A DNA stretch of 34,890 nt, taken from assembly GCA_020846535.1 (NCBI GenBank), contig JADLDR010000077.1, positions 1 to 34,890 of the forward strand, read 5' to 3'. A model generated the notes under the pieces. It was not told the origin of the DNA. It saw nothing but the letters and a program-made list of their open reading frames with translations, and made no database searches. This DNA comes from Armatimonadota bacterium. Lineage in GTDB: Bacteria; Armatimonadota; JADLDR01. Made by a program: the position numbers and the translations under genes. This document shows positions 19,090 to 27,708 of the stretch, one piece after another; within the stretch, counting starts at the first letter, position 1, and each line of letters begins with the position of its first letter.

Positions 19090-19268
19090 ATATTGACATC
19101 GATGCAGTAGCCACTTATCGAGGAGAAAACGCTGATTATATTTTTTCAGAATTCCAACAAATTTCTTTGAAGCAGGGAACTTTTCGGAAGGCATCGAATG
19201 TTATCTTGGTATGACACGCTATCACTTCCGCCCGCAAGGGAACCCATAAGAAAGGAAGGACCATCGTT

Positions 19269-19667
19269 ATGGCAAGCATTCGAACGTGGCTGAACGAGAA
19301 AGGGCAGATCGTCGCTCCGCTGGCAGTGGTTTTGATTCTCCTGGTCGGGGCCTATTTTTCACTGAAGATGAATACTCTCAATGAGGCTCAGGCCAGCGGC
19401 AAAGGAGCGAAGCTTCAAGCGACCTCCGGCGGTGGCTGCGGCGCTGGCAGCGCCAAGACTGCAAGCACTGGTGGCGGCTGCGGCGCTGGCAGCGCCAAGA
19501 CTGCAAGCGCCGGTGGTGGCTGTGGCTCCGGTGGCGGCTGCGGTTCCGGCAGCGCGAAGCAGACCGTTGCGAACGGTACGCCTCTTTTCTCTGACAAGTC
19601 CGTCAAGACCGTGAAAGCCGTCAAGTCAGCCAAGTCCGTGAAAGTCGTCAAGGCTGTTAAGAATTAA
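19269..19667 (+). CDS. small membrane-anchored low-complexity protein with tandem Gly/Cys-rich repeats and a C-terminal Lys-Val repeat tail
   Basis: 132 aa with an AGGAAGGA RBS. N-terminal transmembrane helix (LAVVLILLVGAYFSL). Repeats SGGGCGAGSAKTAS x2 plus GGGCGSGGGCGSGSAKQT, encoded by 42-bp tandem DNA repeats at 19428-19559. C-terminal KSVKTVKAVKSAKSVKVVKAVKN. Strong terminator immediately downstream. Confidence 0.55.
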   Translation: MASIRTWLNEKGQIVAPLAVVLILLVGAYFSLKMNTLNEAQASGKGAKLQATSGGGCGAGSAKTASTGGGCGAGSAKTASAGGGCGSGGGCGSGSAKQTVANGTPLFSDKSVKTVKAVKSAKSVKVVKAVKN

Positions 19668-19702
19668 CCGTCCCAACGATCCCTCTGTCATTTTATGATG
19701 TT

Positions 19703-19737
19703 GCGGAAGGAGTAAAACTCCTTCCGCATTTTTTATT
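19703..19737 (+). terminator. rho-independent terminator
   Basis: GCGGAAGGAG-taaaa-CTCCTTCCGC followed by ATTTTTTATT. Confidence 0.8.
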
Positions 19738-19857
19738 GATGGCCTTTCGCCTTCGCCTTTGTCGACTGCCGGGCGGCTTGCAGGCTTTTCGGATCATCCA
19801 GATCATCAAAACAACCCCGGCCACGGCGATGAGGAGGAAGGGAATCAGGGAGATCTA

Positions 19858-21360
19858 CTGGGTATTGACGGGCTCCGCATTCGCATCCAGAAAGCGGCTG
19901 ATCTCGGCGTTTTGCTTGATCTGGCGGGCGACGGCGTTCATTGCCAACACCGCATACTGCGCGATGACCGTCAGGAGCGCCAGCGGCTTGGTGATTCTCT
20001 CGCTCTGGAGCCAGATCAGCATAAAGGGCATGAAGACCAGGGCCATCGCCAGCACGGAGAAGACGGCGTTCGTTCCGCTTATGATCTCCTGTCACGTCTC
20101 CGGCGTCCAACTCAGGTAATACCAGACTCCGGCAACCATGAACCAGATGACGCCCAGGGCGCAGAGCCTGGGGGCGAATCCGCCGGCCCACTGCTTGTAT
20201 TCGGGCTTTTCACCGATGGCGAAATAGGCGGTATCCAGCACGATATAGGCGGCGGTAGTGGTCAGGGCCAGGCCGAACATCATCAGCCATCGGGGAAGAA
20301 GCGTCGGATCGCCCAGATTGTGGCCGATCCCGAGCGGCGCTCCCGCCACGCTCGTTTTTTGCCAGGTCTCGGGCCATGCGCCCGCATTGGTCATCAGGCT
20401 GAAGCTGCTGGAGAAAATGAAGCCGATCACCAGGAACAATCCTGCGGCGGCCCACCCGATGTAATCCTTCAGGTAGGCCCGGGGGCTGCTCTTCCACAGT
20501 TCCAGGCTGTAGACATAGACGCCGTAATAGGCGAAGGTCGGCAGGATGACGATGGAGAACCACGGCCATGCCATCAAAATGGTGTCCGGATAGAAGACCC
20601 GGTGATAGACGACCTGGGTAAAGAGCAAAGGAAGATGCCGAAGTTCACCCCATAGGCCATGATGAGGGGCCTCTGCTTCATGAGCCGGGTTCCGAGCCGC
20701 CGGGCGTGGTCGCCCGCCGCGCCCCCGCATCCACATCGACAGAAGGATGCCGGAAAACCAGACATGTATGGGTGCCATGTGGAGCGTGAAGCCCAGCACC
20801 TTAAAGGCCATCAGAAACCAGAATGGGGCCGGAAATCCCATGGGGATCGACGGACCGATCAGCATTTTCGGGTCCATATTTATCTCCCCTCCCCATAATT
20901 CATGCCGCCCGGCTGGGGCAGGGCAATGCTGTACAGGTATTCGGCGAGCAGTTCCGCCTCCAAAGAGGCTGATCCAGGCCCACACAGCATACATCCAGGC
21001 CATCCGCACATGCGTCTTCTCATCGGGCCGGCCCCAGAAATAAAAGAACATGAAGCCGGAGGTTATCTCCAGGATGAAGGCGATATACTCCATCGCCCAC
21101 CCGAAGACGAAGATATGGATCAGGGTTTCCGTTGCCAGGGGAGAGGCCAGGCCGATAGTCCACCAGATGCCCACCCCGGTGATCGCCCCGCAAACCACGG
21201 TCACCAGGATAAAAGATCAGGCGTGCTGCCGGATATATCCCAGGTAGTCCTGGTTGCCGGTCCGGTAGGCGTGGCCGGTTTCCACCGCCAGGAAGAAGCC
21301 TCCTCCCACCGCATAATGCGAGACCAGCACATGCAGCACCGATATGGCTGCTATCAGCAT
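19858..21360 (-). pseudogene. cydA: cytochrome bd-type quinol oxidase subunit I-like gene, disrupted (two in-frame TGA codons, possible internal frameshifts), no cydB
   Basis: Minus-strand translation MLIAAISVLHVLVSHY...AVETGHAYRTG...IRQHA-TGA-SFILVTVVCGAITGVGIWWTIG...AFILEITSGFMFFYFWGR...FTLHMAPIHVWFSGILLSMWMRGR...WTPET-TGA-QEIISGTNAVFSVLAMALVFM...TQ-TAG. Matches the CydA helix I-III pattern (H...; ...AFFLEStFxGxxFFGW). Contains two Arg/Pro-rich stretches that look out-of-frame. No cydB-sized ORF follows. Confidence 0.5.
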
Positions 21361-21536
21361 GAACGAGGTATTAAACTATCTTTCACAATCTCTGTCCGCT
21401 TCGCAACCGTCCGGCCATACAGTGTGACTATATTTTTGGGGAACATTTTTTGAGGATGCTTGTTCTAATGATATAGAAAGCCCTGCCTGGCAGGTTGGCA
21501 TATCCGGTGGTATTGCTCAGTCGAAGGAGGGAAACC

Positions 21537-21914
21537 ATGGGCAAGAAAATGATATTGGCGCTGGTAGTCGGGGGCATGATGGCGCTGTTGGCGACCGGCC
21601 CCCTCTATGCGGCGAGAGGTGATGTGACGGTCGGTGGCGACCTTCTTTTCCGCGTCCGTGTCCCCAGTGGCGGGTTGACAATTCAGGAGCGCGTCGATAG
21701 AATTAACGAGCGCCTGGTGAAGGTGCTGGGCGACCCGCAGGTCAAGCCCGGCGACATCAAAGTCCATCGGGCCAGCCCCGACCTCGGCCTTTTCATCCGC
21801 AACCAGATGATCGTGACGCTAGATGAGAACAATGCCCGCGCCAACGGGACAACCCGTAAAGCTCTGGGCCAGGACTGGATGAGGCGTATGAAAAGGCTCG
21901 CGCCCCAGTATTAA
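21537..21914 (+). CDS. hypothetical secreted protein (125 aa)
   Basis: GAAGGAGGG RBS 6 nt upstream of the ATG. Signal peptide MGKKMILALVVGGMMALLATGPLYAA. No family recognised. Followed by a terminator. Confidence 0.55.
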   Translation: MGKKMILALVVGGMMALLATGPLYAARGDVTVGGDLLFRVRVPSGGLTIQERVDRINERLVKVLGDPQVKPGDIKVHRASPDLGLFIRNQMIVTLDENNARANGTTRKALGQDWMRRMKRLAPQY

Positions 21915-21933
21915 TAGAAGTTGATGTTGAGAG

Positions 21934-21975
21934 AGCAGCCGACAGGGATCGTTTCCTATCGGCTGCTTTTTGTTG
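21934..21975 (+). terminator. rho-independent terminator
   Basis: AGCAGCCGACAGG-gatcgttt-CCTATCGGCTGCT (1 mismatch) followed by TTTTGTTG. Confidence 0.65.
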
Positions 21976-21993
21976 TCGGGATGCGCCTCCCGT

Positions 21994-23127
21994 CTACCTC
22001 AGCCCCACTTCTTCCTGCCAGCGTATCAGCGGATGATCCCTTTCCGCCAGAGGAAGGCTAGCTCGCGCTTTCAGGCGGTGCGAGACATAGACTCCCAGCA
22101 CCATTTCGATAGAGGCACGGCCATCTCTTCCGCTGGCTATCGGCTCGCGGTTATCCTCCACGGCTTTGACCAGATCGGCGGCGATGAGGGCATTGGCATA
22201 TTCGACCGAGTTCATTCCCGAGGCCGGGTCCCAGCCCGGGGTGGGGATGCGCTGCCAGAGAGACGGGTCGGCGGGAGGCCATTCGCCTCTCGGATAGAGC
22301 CACATTTCGCGCTGGCCCACCAGCGGCATCGTGATGATGCCTTCCGAACCCATCAGAGTCAGTCCCATGCGGATCTTGCCGAGGCCCAGGTTGCGCCTGG
22401 ATTCGAAGTGGCCGTGAATGCCGCCTGGAAAGCCGTATATGGCGGAGACAGCATCCCCGGTAATGGGGCCGAGTTCCTCCGGCCCTTCGACGATATCCTC
22501 CGGCCCGGCGTCCTGCCCCTCGGCCCAGACCTGGCCCATCACCCACAACGGTTCCCCGGCGAAGAGACGGAACATATCCAGGATGTGGACTCCCAGCACC
22601 CACAAATCCTCCCCGCCGCCCCGCGTGTCCTCCTTGCCGCGCCCGCAGACGGCGTACAGCTTCCCGATAGCTCCCTCCCTCACCATCCGGACGACCTGCC
22701 CGGTGGGTTCAAAGGCCCGGTTGGAATGGGCGACAGCCACTTTCGAACCGGCGCGGGCGCAGGCCGACAAAACGGCATCCGCCTCGGCTGGAGAGCGGGC
22801 GAAAGGCTTCTCGCAGTAAATGCCCTTCACCCCGGCTTCCGCGCAGGCGACTGCCATCTCCGCATGGCAGCCCACCCAACGCGGGCCGATGCTGACGAAA
22901 TCGGGCCTCTCCCGGAGAAGCATCTCCCTATAATCGCGGTAGCGCCCGCGGACTCCGAGCCGCTTCCCGGCCCGTTCCAGGCCGCGGGGGTCGTCATCGG
23001 CAACGGCAACCAATTCGACTTCAGGCACTGCCAGCCAGCAGATATCCAGGCCGTGGCCGTAGCCGCCGCGGTCCGTCCGCCCGATGACCGCCGCCCTGTA
23101 GCGCGGAACCGGCTTGTCTGCTACCAT
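21994..23127 (-). CDS. Gfo/Idh/MocA family NAD(P)-dependent oxidoreductase
   Basis: Start at the internal ATG (MVADKPVPRYRAAVIGRTDRGGYGHG...). Rossmann GxGxxG-like motif and EKP motif (CEKPFA). 377 aa. Overlaps the upstream paralog's stop by 7 nt (ATGGTAG). Confidence 0.8.
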   Translation of the reverse strand: MVADKPVPRYRAAVIGRTDRGGYGHGLDICWLAVPEVELVAVADDDPRGLERAGKRLGVRGRYRDYREMLLRERPDFVSIGPRWVGCHAEMAVACAEAGVKGIYCEKPFARSPAEADAVLSACARAGSKVAVAHSNRAFEPTGQVVRMVREGAIGKLYAVCGRGKEDTRGGGEDLWVLGVHILDMFRLFAGEPLWVMGQVWAEGQDAGPEDIVEGPEELGPITGDAVSAIYGFPGGIHGHFESRRNLGLGKIRMGLTLMGSEGIITMPLVGQREMWLYPRGEWPPADPSLWQRIPTPGWDPASGMNSVEYANALIAADLVKAVEDNREPIASGRDGRASIEMVLGVYVSHRLKARASLPLAERDHPLIRWQEEVGLR

Positions 23128-24236
23128 CCGACTGTGACCTCCTGCTCGCGCCACCGGCTCAAGGGGTGGCTGCGGTCTTCCGGAGGCAGCATGATGCGGG
23201 CGTTCAGGCGGTGGGATTCGTAGATGCCCATCACCATTTCGAGGGCGGCCCGGCCATCCAGGCCGCTGCACGCAGGCTCCCGGCCTTCCTCCATGGACTC
23301 CAGCACATCGGCCACCATAAAAGCGATGCCGGCATCCTGCGAATAGTCGCGCCTATCGGCATTGCGCCAGACAATCTCCATCGGGCGGTCTGGATTCCAG
23401 TCATTGCCCCGATAGAGCCAGAGAGAAGCGTCGAACCCACCCCTCCGCACAAGCCTTCCCTCGTCCCCGATAAGGTCGATGCCGTACATCATACCGCTGG
23501 CGGGCTTGCTACCCAGCATTTCATAGGTTCCCCGCACTCCCCCCACAAAGCCGAAGAGGGCGAAGGCCCGCTCCCCGGCTACCAGGCCGCAGTCCCGGTC
23601 GCGGGAGTACGCCTGCTGGCTGTGCATGATGTCCACCGATGTGGCCGGGCGGCCATCGGTGGTCACCAAGTCGCCGTAAACCCATTCGGTATCTCCGGCA
23701 TAGAGGCGCATCAGGTCGAAAAGATGGGTTCCGATCTCCATCAGGGAGTTGCCTGCGGGCCGCCCGCCCTTGTCGTGGGCGCAAACCATCTTCAGGTGGC
23801 CGATAGCGCCTTCCTTCAGGAGCCGCGTCATTTCCCAGCTCCCCGGGCTGACTCGCATCTGATGGTTGACCGCCAAAGTGACCTGCTTTTCCTGACAGGC
23901 GGCCACCATTTGATCGGCTTCCACCAGGTCTAGGGCCATCGGTTTTTCACAGAGGACAGCTTTGACCCCTGACTCCGCAGCGGCCAGGGTGGCCGGACAG
24001 TGGACGGGAGCCTGGGTCGATATCGTCACCCAATCGAGTGATTCCCGGGCCAGCATCTCCTCGAAATTCGTGTAGAGATGCGAAACGTTCCACTGCTTCC
24101 CGGCTGCCTGTAATTTCTCATCCGCGATATCGGCCAGCGCAACGATCTCAATAGTCGAAACGGATTGAAGGGCTGCCAGATGGGGCTGCGACATAGCGCC
24201 GCACCCGATCAGCCCGGCGCGATAGCGTTTGCTCAT
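23121..24236 (-). CDS. Gfo/Idh/MocA family NAD(P)-dependent oxidoreductase
   Basis: 371 aa. AGLIGCGAMS Rossmann motif and CEKPMA motif. AAAGGAG RBS. C-terminal tail similar to the downstream paralog (SHRLNARIMLPPEDRSHPLSRW vs SHRLKARASLPLAERDHPLIRW). Confidence 0.85.
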   Translation of the reverse strand: MSKRYRAGLIGCGAMSQPHLAALQSVSTIEIVALADIADEKLQAAGKQWNVSHLYTNFEEMLARESLDWVTISTQAPVHCPATLAAAESGVKAVLCEKPMALDLVEADQMVAACQEKQVTLAVNHQMRVSPGSWEMTRLLKEGAIGHLKMVCAHDKGGRPAGNSLMEIGTHLFDLMRLYAGDTEWVYGDLVTTDGRPATSVDIMHSQQAYSRDRDCGLVAGERAFALFGFVGGVRGTYEMLGSKPASGMMYGIDLIGDEGRLVRRGGFDASLWLYRGNDWNPDRPMEIVWRNADRRDYSQDAGIAFMVADVLESMEEGREPACSGLDGRAALEMVMGIYESHRLNARIMLPPEDRSHPLSRWREQEVTVGW

Positions 24237-24295
24237 GGGTTTCTCCTTTGGTGTAGGGGGGAGTGGATGGTGTTTCGTTTCAGCACACCGGGAAG

Positions 24296-24331
24296 CGATC
24301 TCTGCGTGATGGTCGCTATGAAGTTCGAGCC
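24296..24331 (-). terminator. possible weak terminator after the beta-helix gene
   Basis: Minus-strand ACGCCTGG...CCGGCGT stem followed by TTTTA. Imperfect. Confidence 0.25.
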
Positions 24332-24332
24332 T

Positions 24333-26180
24333 CTAAAACGCCGGCAGAAATTCGGATGCCCAGGCGTTCACATTTGCGGGCGCTCCTTGCCAGCCAGATT
24401 CAGATTGCCAGGCGGGGCTGCTTTTTTGGAACCGGAAGTTGCCGGCCTTGGGGTTTTGCAGGAGCGGGTCTGCCGTCCGGCTGAGGGCGTCGAAGCCGGT
24501 GTGACGGGCAAATGCCTTCAAGTCCTGAAATATGAGGTGTTTGGGCCGCCAGCCGACGCCGTAAAGAACCAGGGATTGCCCTTTATCGGAATAATAGAGG
24601 TTCCGGTCGATGGTCATGGACTGGCACGTGGGATCGTAGATTTCGCCGGGGATGGTTTTCAGGTAGCGGCCGTAGGCTGCTTCGGTTTTGTATTTTTCTT
24701 TTTCGGCGGGATGCCAGCCAAAAAAGGCGTTGTCGTACCAAAGCCCCAGCTGATAGCCCCGGTTGAAGGCGCAGACATTGGCGATCACGGTGTTGCCTTT
24801 GTTATGGTAGGGCAGTTCGCCTCTGTCCGGCGTCTTGAGAGAGCGAGGCCCCTGCTCCCGGAAGGTGATGCCGTCCTTGTTGCCCACACAGGTGTTGGAG
24901 GCCACCACGCAGTTCATGCTTTCGGCGATGAGGATGCCGGAGCTGGCCCAGCCCTCAGGCCCCACGGCCAGGGCGTTTTCCACGGCCAGGTTGCGCGTGA
25001 CGGTGATATCCCGGCTGATCTCCACGAAAAGCCCGCTGCCCTCGTTGCCCTGGAAAACGCATTCGGTGATGACCACGTTTCGGACATCGATATCGAGCCA
25101 GAGGCCCGGCCCGCCGTTGTGGCGGAACACGCACCGCCGGAAGAGGCCGCCGTCCACGTCGGTGATCTTAAAGCCGCCCGCGTCCCAGCCGCGATTGATG
25201 GGCTTCCAGCAGTTTCCTTCCCAGAGGCATTCTTCGTTCACAAAGCCGCTGCCGCCCGCACCGCCGCCCACCTGCCCGCACCCGCGCACGATACATCGGC
25301 GCATGCTTCCGCCGACGCTGACGCCGGCCCCCGACATCTGTTCGATGAGGCAGCCTTCCAGCAGATTGTTTTTCCCGTGCAGCCAGACCGCCGCCCTCTG
25401 CGGAAAGGTGGCCCCGCAGCGAAATATCAGGCCCCTGACATGGACATTCTCCACGCCGCGCTCGCTCTCCCAGGGATTCACGCCGAAAATCTGCCCCCGG
25501 GTCGCTGCCTCCACCCGGCGCTGCGACGGGTCGGAGCCGTCAGACAGCCAAAGATAGAGATACTTCCCCGCCGTATCGGCCCAGAACATGCCCTCAAAAG
25601 GCCCTCCCAGCCCTGCCACCGGCTGTTTGAGAACCGGAGACGGCTGGCCTTTGGCGGGGGCTTCGGAATGCTCCTTCCACTTCTTTTTCAGGTCGGCGAG
25701 GTTCAGCACATGCAAAAGCTGCCTGCCGTCCGCGATCACCTGTTCCGCCCGGCCCCAGAGGGGATCGTCGGCGGGGTGGTGTTCCACCGGCTTGCCGTCC
25801 CTTATATCGATGGCGAACTGGTGCGCCCAGGGGGCGCGGTAAATCGGGGCCTCTCCATCCACTTTTTTCCATCCGGTGATGACATCCGCGCCGGTCACCA
25901 CAACCGAACCTGCCGGGTCGGCCACAAAAGAAATCGGGGCCTGTGCGGTTCCGCTGTACTCCAGGCGCACCGATTCCCGATATGTTCCGGCCTTGATGAT
26001 CACGGTATCGCCGGCTTTGGCAAGCCGGGCCGCCCTGTTTATGGTTTTCAAAGGCCGATCCGCAACGCCGGGGTTCTCGTCCGAAGCCCCGGGGTGATTG
26101 TTGTCGACGATCAGGGTGTCGGCATGAGCGGAGGGAAGGAAGGCGGCCAGAAGCATTACAAGACAGAATCGTAGAAGCAT
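24333..26180 (-). CDS. secreted right-handed parallel beta-helix repeat protein (pectate-lyase-fold, probable polysaccharide lyase/hydrolase)
   Basis: 615 aa from the ATG at 26180; the track ORF begins at an upstream TTG. Signal peptide MLLRFCLVMLLAAFLPSAHA. Repeated NxxGxG/Cys-ladder beta-helix coils (e.g. VFRHNGGPGLWLD, VFQGNEGSGLFVE). TGA stop. Confidence 0.75.
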   Translation of the reverse strand: MLLRFCLVMLLAAFLPSAHADTLIVDNNHPGASDENPGVADRPLKTINRAARLAKAGDTVIIKAGTYRESVRLEYSGTAQAPISFVADPAGSVVVTGADVITGWKKVDGEAPIYRAPWAHQFAIDIRDGKPVEHHPADDPLWGRAEQVIADGRQLLHVLNLADLKKKWKEHSEAPAKGQPSPVLKQPVAGLGGPFEGMFWADTAGKYLYLWLSDGSDPSQRRVEAATRGQIFGVNPWESERGVENVHVRGLIFRCGATFPQRAAVWLHGKNNLLEGCLIEQMSGAGVSVGGSMRRCIVRGCGQVGGGAGGSGFVNEECLWEGNCWKPINRGWDAGGFKITDVDGGLFRRCVFRHNGGPGLWLDIDVRNVVITECVFQGNEGSGLFVEISRDITVTRNLAVENALAVGPEGWASSGILIAESMNCVVASNTCVGNKDGITFREQGPRSLKTPDRGELPYHNKGNTVIANVCAFNRGYQLGLWYDNAFFGWHPAEKEKYKTEAAYGRYLKTIPGEIYDPTCQSMTIDRNLYYSDKGQSLVLYGVGWRPKHLIFQDLKAFARHTGFDALSRTADPLLQNPKAGNFRFQKSSPAWQSESGWQGAPANVNAWASEFLPAF

Positions 26181-26376
26181 AACGCCTGTCCTTTCAGAAC
26201 GCAAGATGAGATGCGGCCTTTTTTCAGGGCTTCCATTTCATCCTGCCGGCAGGGCTGAACCAGAATGCATGACCATCAAGGAAGCCGACATTCATTCCCC
26301 CGCGGTGTCGGTAGGCCGCCAGTTCAGAGCCTCCGGCCCGGTTCCATCCGCCCGCCGTTTTCAAAAAAACGACCGT

Positions 26377-26718
26377 TCAGGCCGGAGAGGCTATTTTGGA
26401 ATACGGCTTCCCGCTCAGATAAGCATTATAACCGCAGGCGTACCGCTGGCCCGGAAGAGCCGGGCAGCGAAATGGCTCTGTCGAATAATTCAAGAGCAGC
26501 GCATCGTTCCAGTTTTCTTTCAGGGGCAAGCGGCCATCATAATCTTCAAGGTACGTGGGCAAACCGGCGGTGAGACCCATGAGATTCCATATGCATGTTA
26601 TAGATTTATATCGGCTTCTTATATCATTGACACCCCAGACGACAAGAACAGTCACCAGCAGGCCGATAGCTGCTAAGAACAGGTGTTCTTAGCATTCTGA
26701 GGAAAGCGTAAATTTCAT
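26377..26718 (-). pseudogene. truncated prepilin-like (DUF1559/H-X9-DG-type pseudopilin) gene fragment with in-frame stop
   Basis: MKFTLSSEC-TAA-EHLFLAAIGLLVTVLVV...KSITCIWNLMGLTAGLPTYLEDYDGRLP... resembles the N-terminus of prepilin-type cleavage/methylation proteins (…KARQISCTNNLKQIGLALHMYADDNDG.LP pattern). Stop after codon 9. Ends after ~110 aa without the C-terminal H-X9-DG region. Confidence 0.4.
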
Positions 26719-26746
26719 TCCAGGATTTTGTGTTGTTATACAGGAT

Positions 26747-26820
26747 GTAGGGGCGCGATTTATCACGCTCACTTGCTTATTCGTCTATGCGAATCTGGGC
26801 GCTATCAATCGCGCCCCTAC
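26747..26820. repeat. 74-bp element bounded by perfect 14-bp inverted repeats (GTAGGGGCGCGATT...AATCGCGCCCCTAC)
   Basis: Direct reading of the sequence. Intergenic, between two gene remnants. No flanking U-run, so not a canonical terminator. Confidence 0.6.
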
Positions 26821-26835
26821 GACAACCCGTACTCT

Positions 26836-27511
26836 CTACCGCTTTCTTGCCACCATCACGCCGCCCGGATGGCTGGCGACGGCTCCGGTGACTTTGCCGG
26901 AATCGTCTACCTTGAACTCCACCGAATAGCCGGGCCAGCCTTTTATAGTGAACTTGTTGTCCTTGAAGGGAACAAGTTCGAACTCTGGCTGTCCGGAGAC
27001 GTAGGCCATGAGGGTGTTCTCGCCGCGCTTGTAGACGCGGCCCGTCATGCCTTCCACATCGTACTCGCCGATAACGCTTTCGATCAATCCTTCCGCCATT
27101 TTTACCGTCCTCCTTGTGAATCGGATATCCTTTACCCCTGCTTCAATGGGCGCGGAAAGGCCGGAGATGTCGCCTTTCGCGTCCGTGATAAAGGTTGCTT
27201 TGAAGTTGTAGTTCCAGATGTCGTTTTTGATTTCGAAGGTGCCGTAGTGGTAGTGGGCCACCGTGAAATTCATACGCTTGCGGCTGGCTTTGAGGCCCTG
27301 ACGGCGTATCCCAGGCCAGATTGCCTTCATCCACCAGGATGCCCGCCGTGGCCGCGGTGAACGCCTTCGTGCAGGAGCCGATGGCAAAGAGCGTATCGAG
27401 CGTGACCGGCTGCCGGGCCTCCAGGCTTCTCACCCCGAAGCCCTCGGCCAAAACGACCTCTTTCTCCCTGACGACAGCCACCGCGCACCCCGGGACATGC
27501 CAATTTTCCAT
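26836..27511 (-). pseudogene. beta-lactamase-related serine hydrolase remnant (N-terminal SxxK segment fused out of frame to C-terminal beta-sandwich domain)
   Basis: N-part (frame 1) MENWHVPGCAVAVVREKEVVLAEGFGVRSLEARQPVTLDTLFAIGSCTKAFTAATAGILVDEGNLAWDTP carries the S-x-x-K motif and then becomes nonsense. C-part (other frame, to 26836) matches the beta-lactamase-associated C-terminal domain (…YVSGQPEFELVPFKDNKFTIKGWPGYSVEFKVDDSGKVTGAV…). The catalytic core (~200 aa) is missing. Confidence 0.5.
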
Positions 27512-27589
27512 CCGCCCCTTCACGGATTCGGGGAAACCTTGCAGTTGTCGCAGCGTTGCGCTCCTTTATTGAAATCAGACTTTGTTAGG

Positions 27590-27650
27590 CCGGTTACCTG
27601 GCCCCCCTTCCATTTCGGGAAGGGGGGCCAGGGGAGAGAGGTAACCCGGC
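27590..27650. repeat. GC-rich palindromic hairpin repeat, family 2 copy 1
   Basis: CGGTTACCTGGCCCCCCTTCC-atttc-GGGAAGGGGGGCCAGGGGAGAGAGGTAACCCGG. 16-bp perfect stem nested in GGTTACC...GGTAACC outer arms. Lies 60 nt downstream of the minus-strand Gfo gene stop. Confidence 0.65.
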
Positions 27651-27708
27651 TACCACAGCCACATGCCTCCCCACTTCCGACAAGCCTCTGATGCCGCGGT
27701 TGACAGCC

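Noticed and set aside
18909-19214. 101-aa ORF (…CHCEERSDEAISR…PRNDSD…)
   Set aside because: Lies entirely across family 1 repeat copy B. The odd peptide is the repeat read as protein.
19381-19651. Alternative-frame ORFs (Ala/Pro-rich) inside the small repeat-protein gene on both strands
   Set aside because: Same tandem DNA repeats read in other frames. Only the 19269-19667 frame has an RBS, a start, a TM helix and a terminator.
19858-21360. Genome-wide UGA recoding (code 4/25) or selenocysteine to explain in-frame TGAs in the cydA-like gene
   Set aside because: Several well-defined genes in the window terminate at TGA with normal lengths. No SECIS-like hairpin was seen. Sec is not known in CydA. 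The co-occurring frameshift-like stretches favour decay or sequencing error.
21970-23223. 417-aa plus-strand ORF antisense to Gfo/Idh/MocA genes
   Set aside because: The minus strand has Rossmann and EKP motifs. The plus-strand translation is Pro/Arg/Gly-rich.
24165-26174. 669-aa plus-strand ORF antisense to the beta-helix gene
   Set aside because: No domain signal. The minus strand has a signal peptide and beta-helix repeats.
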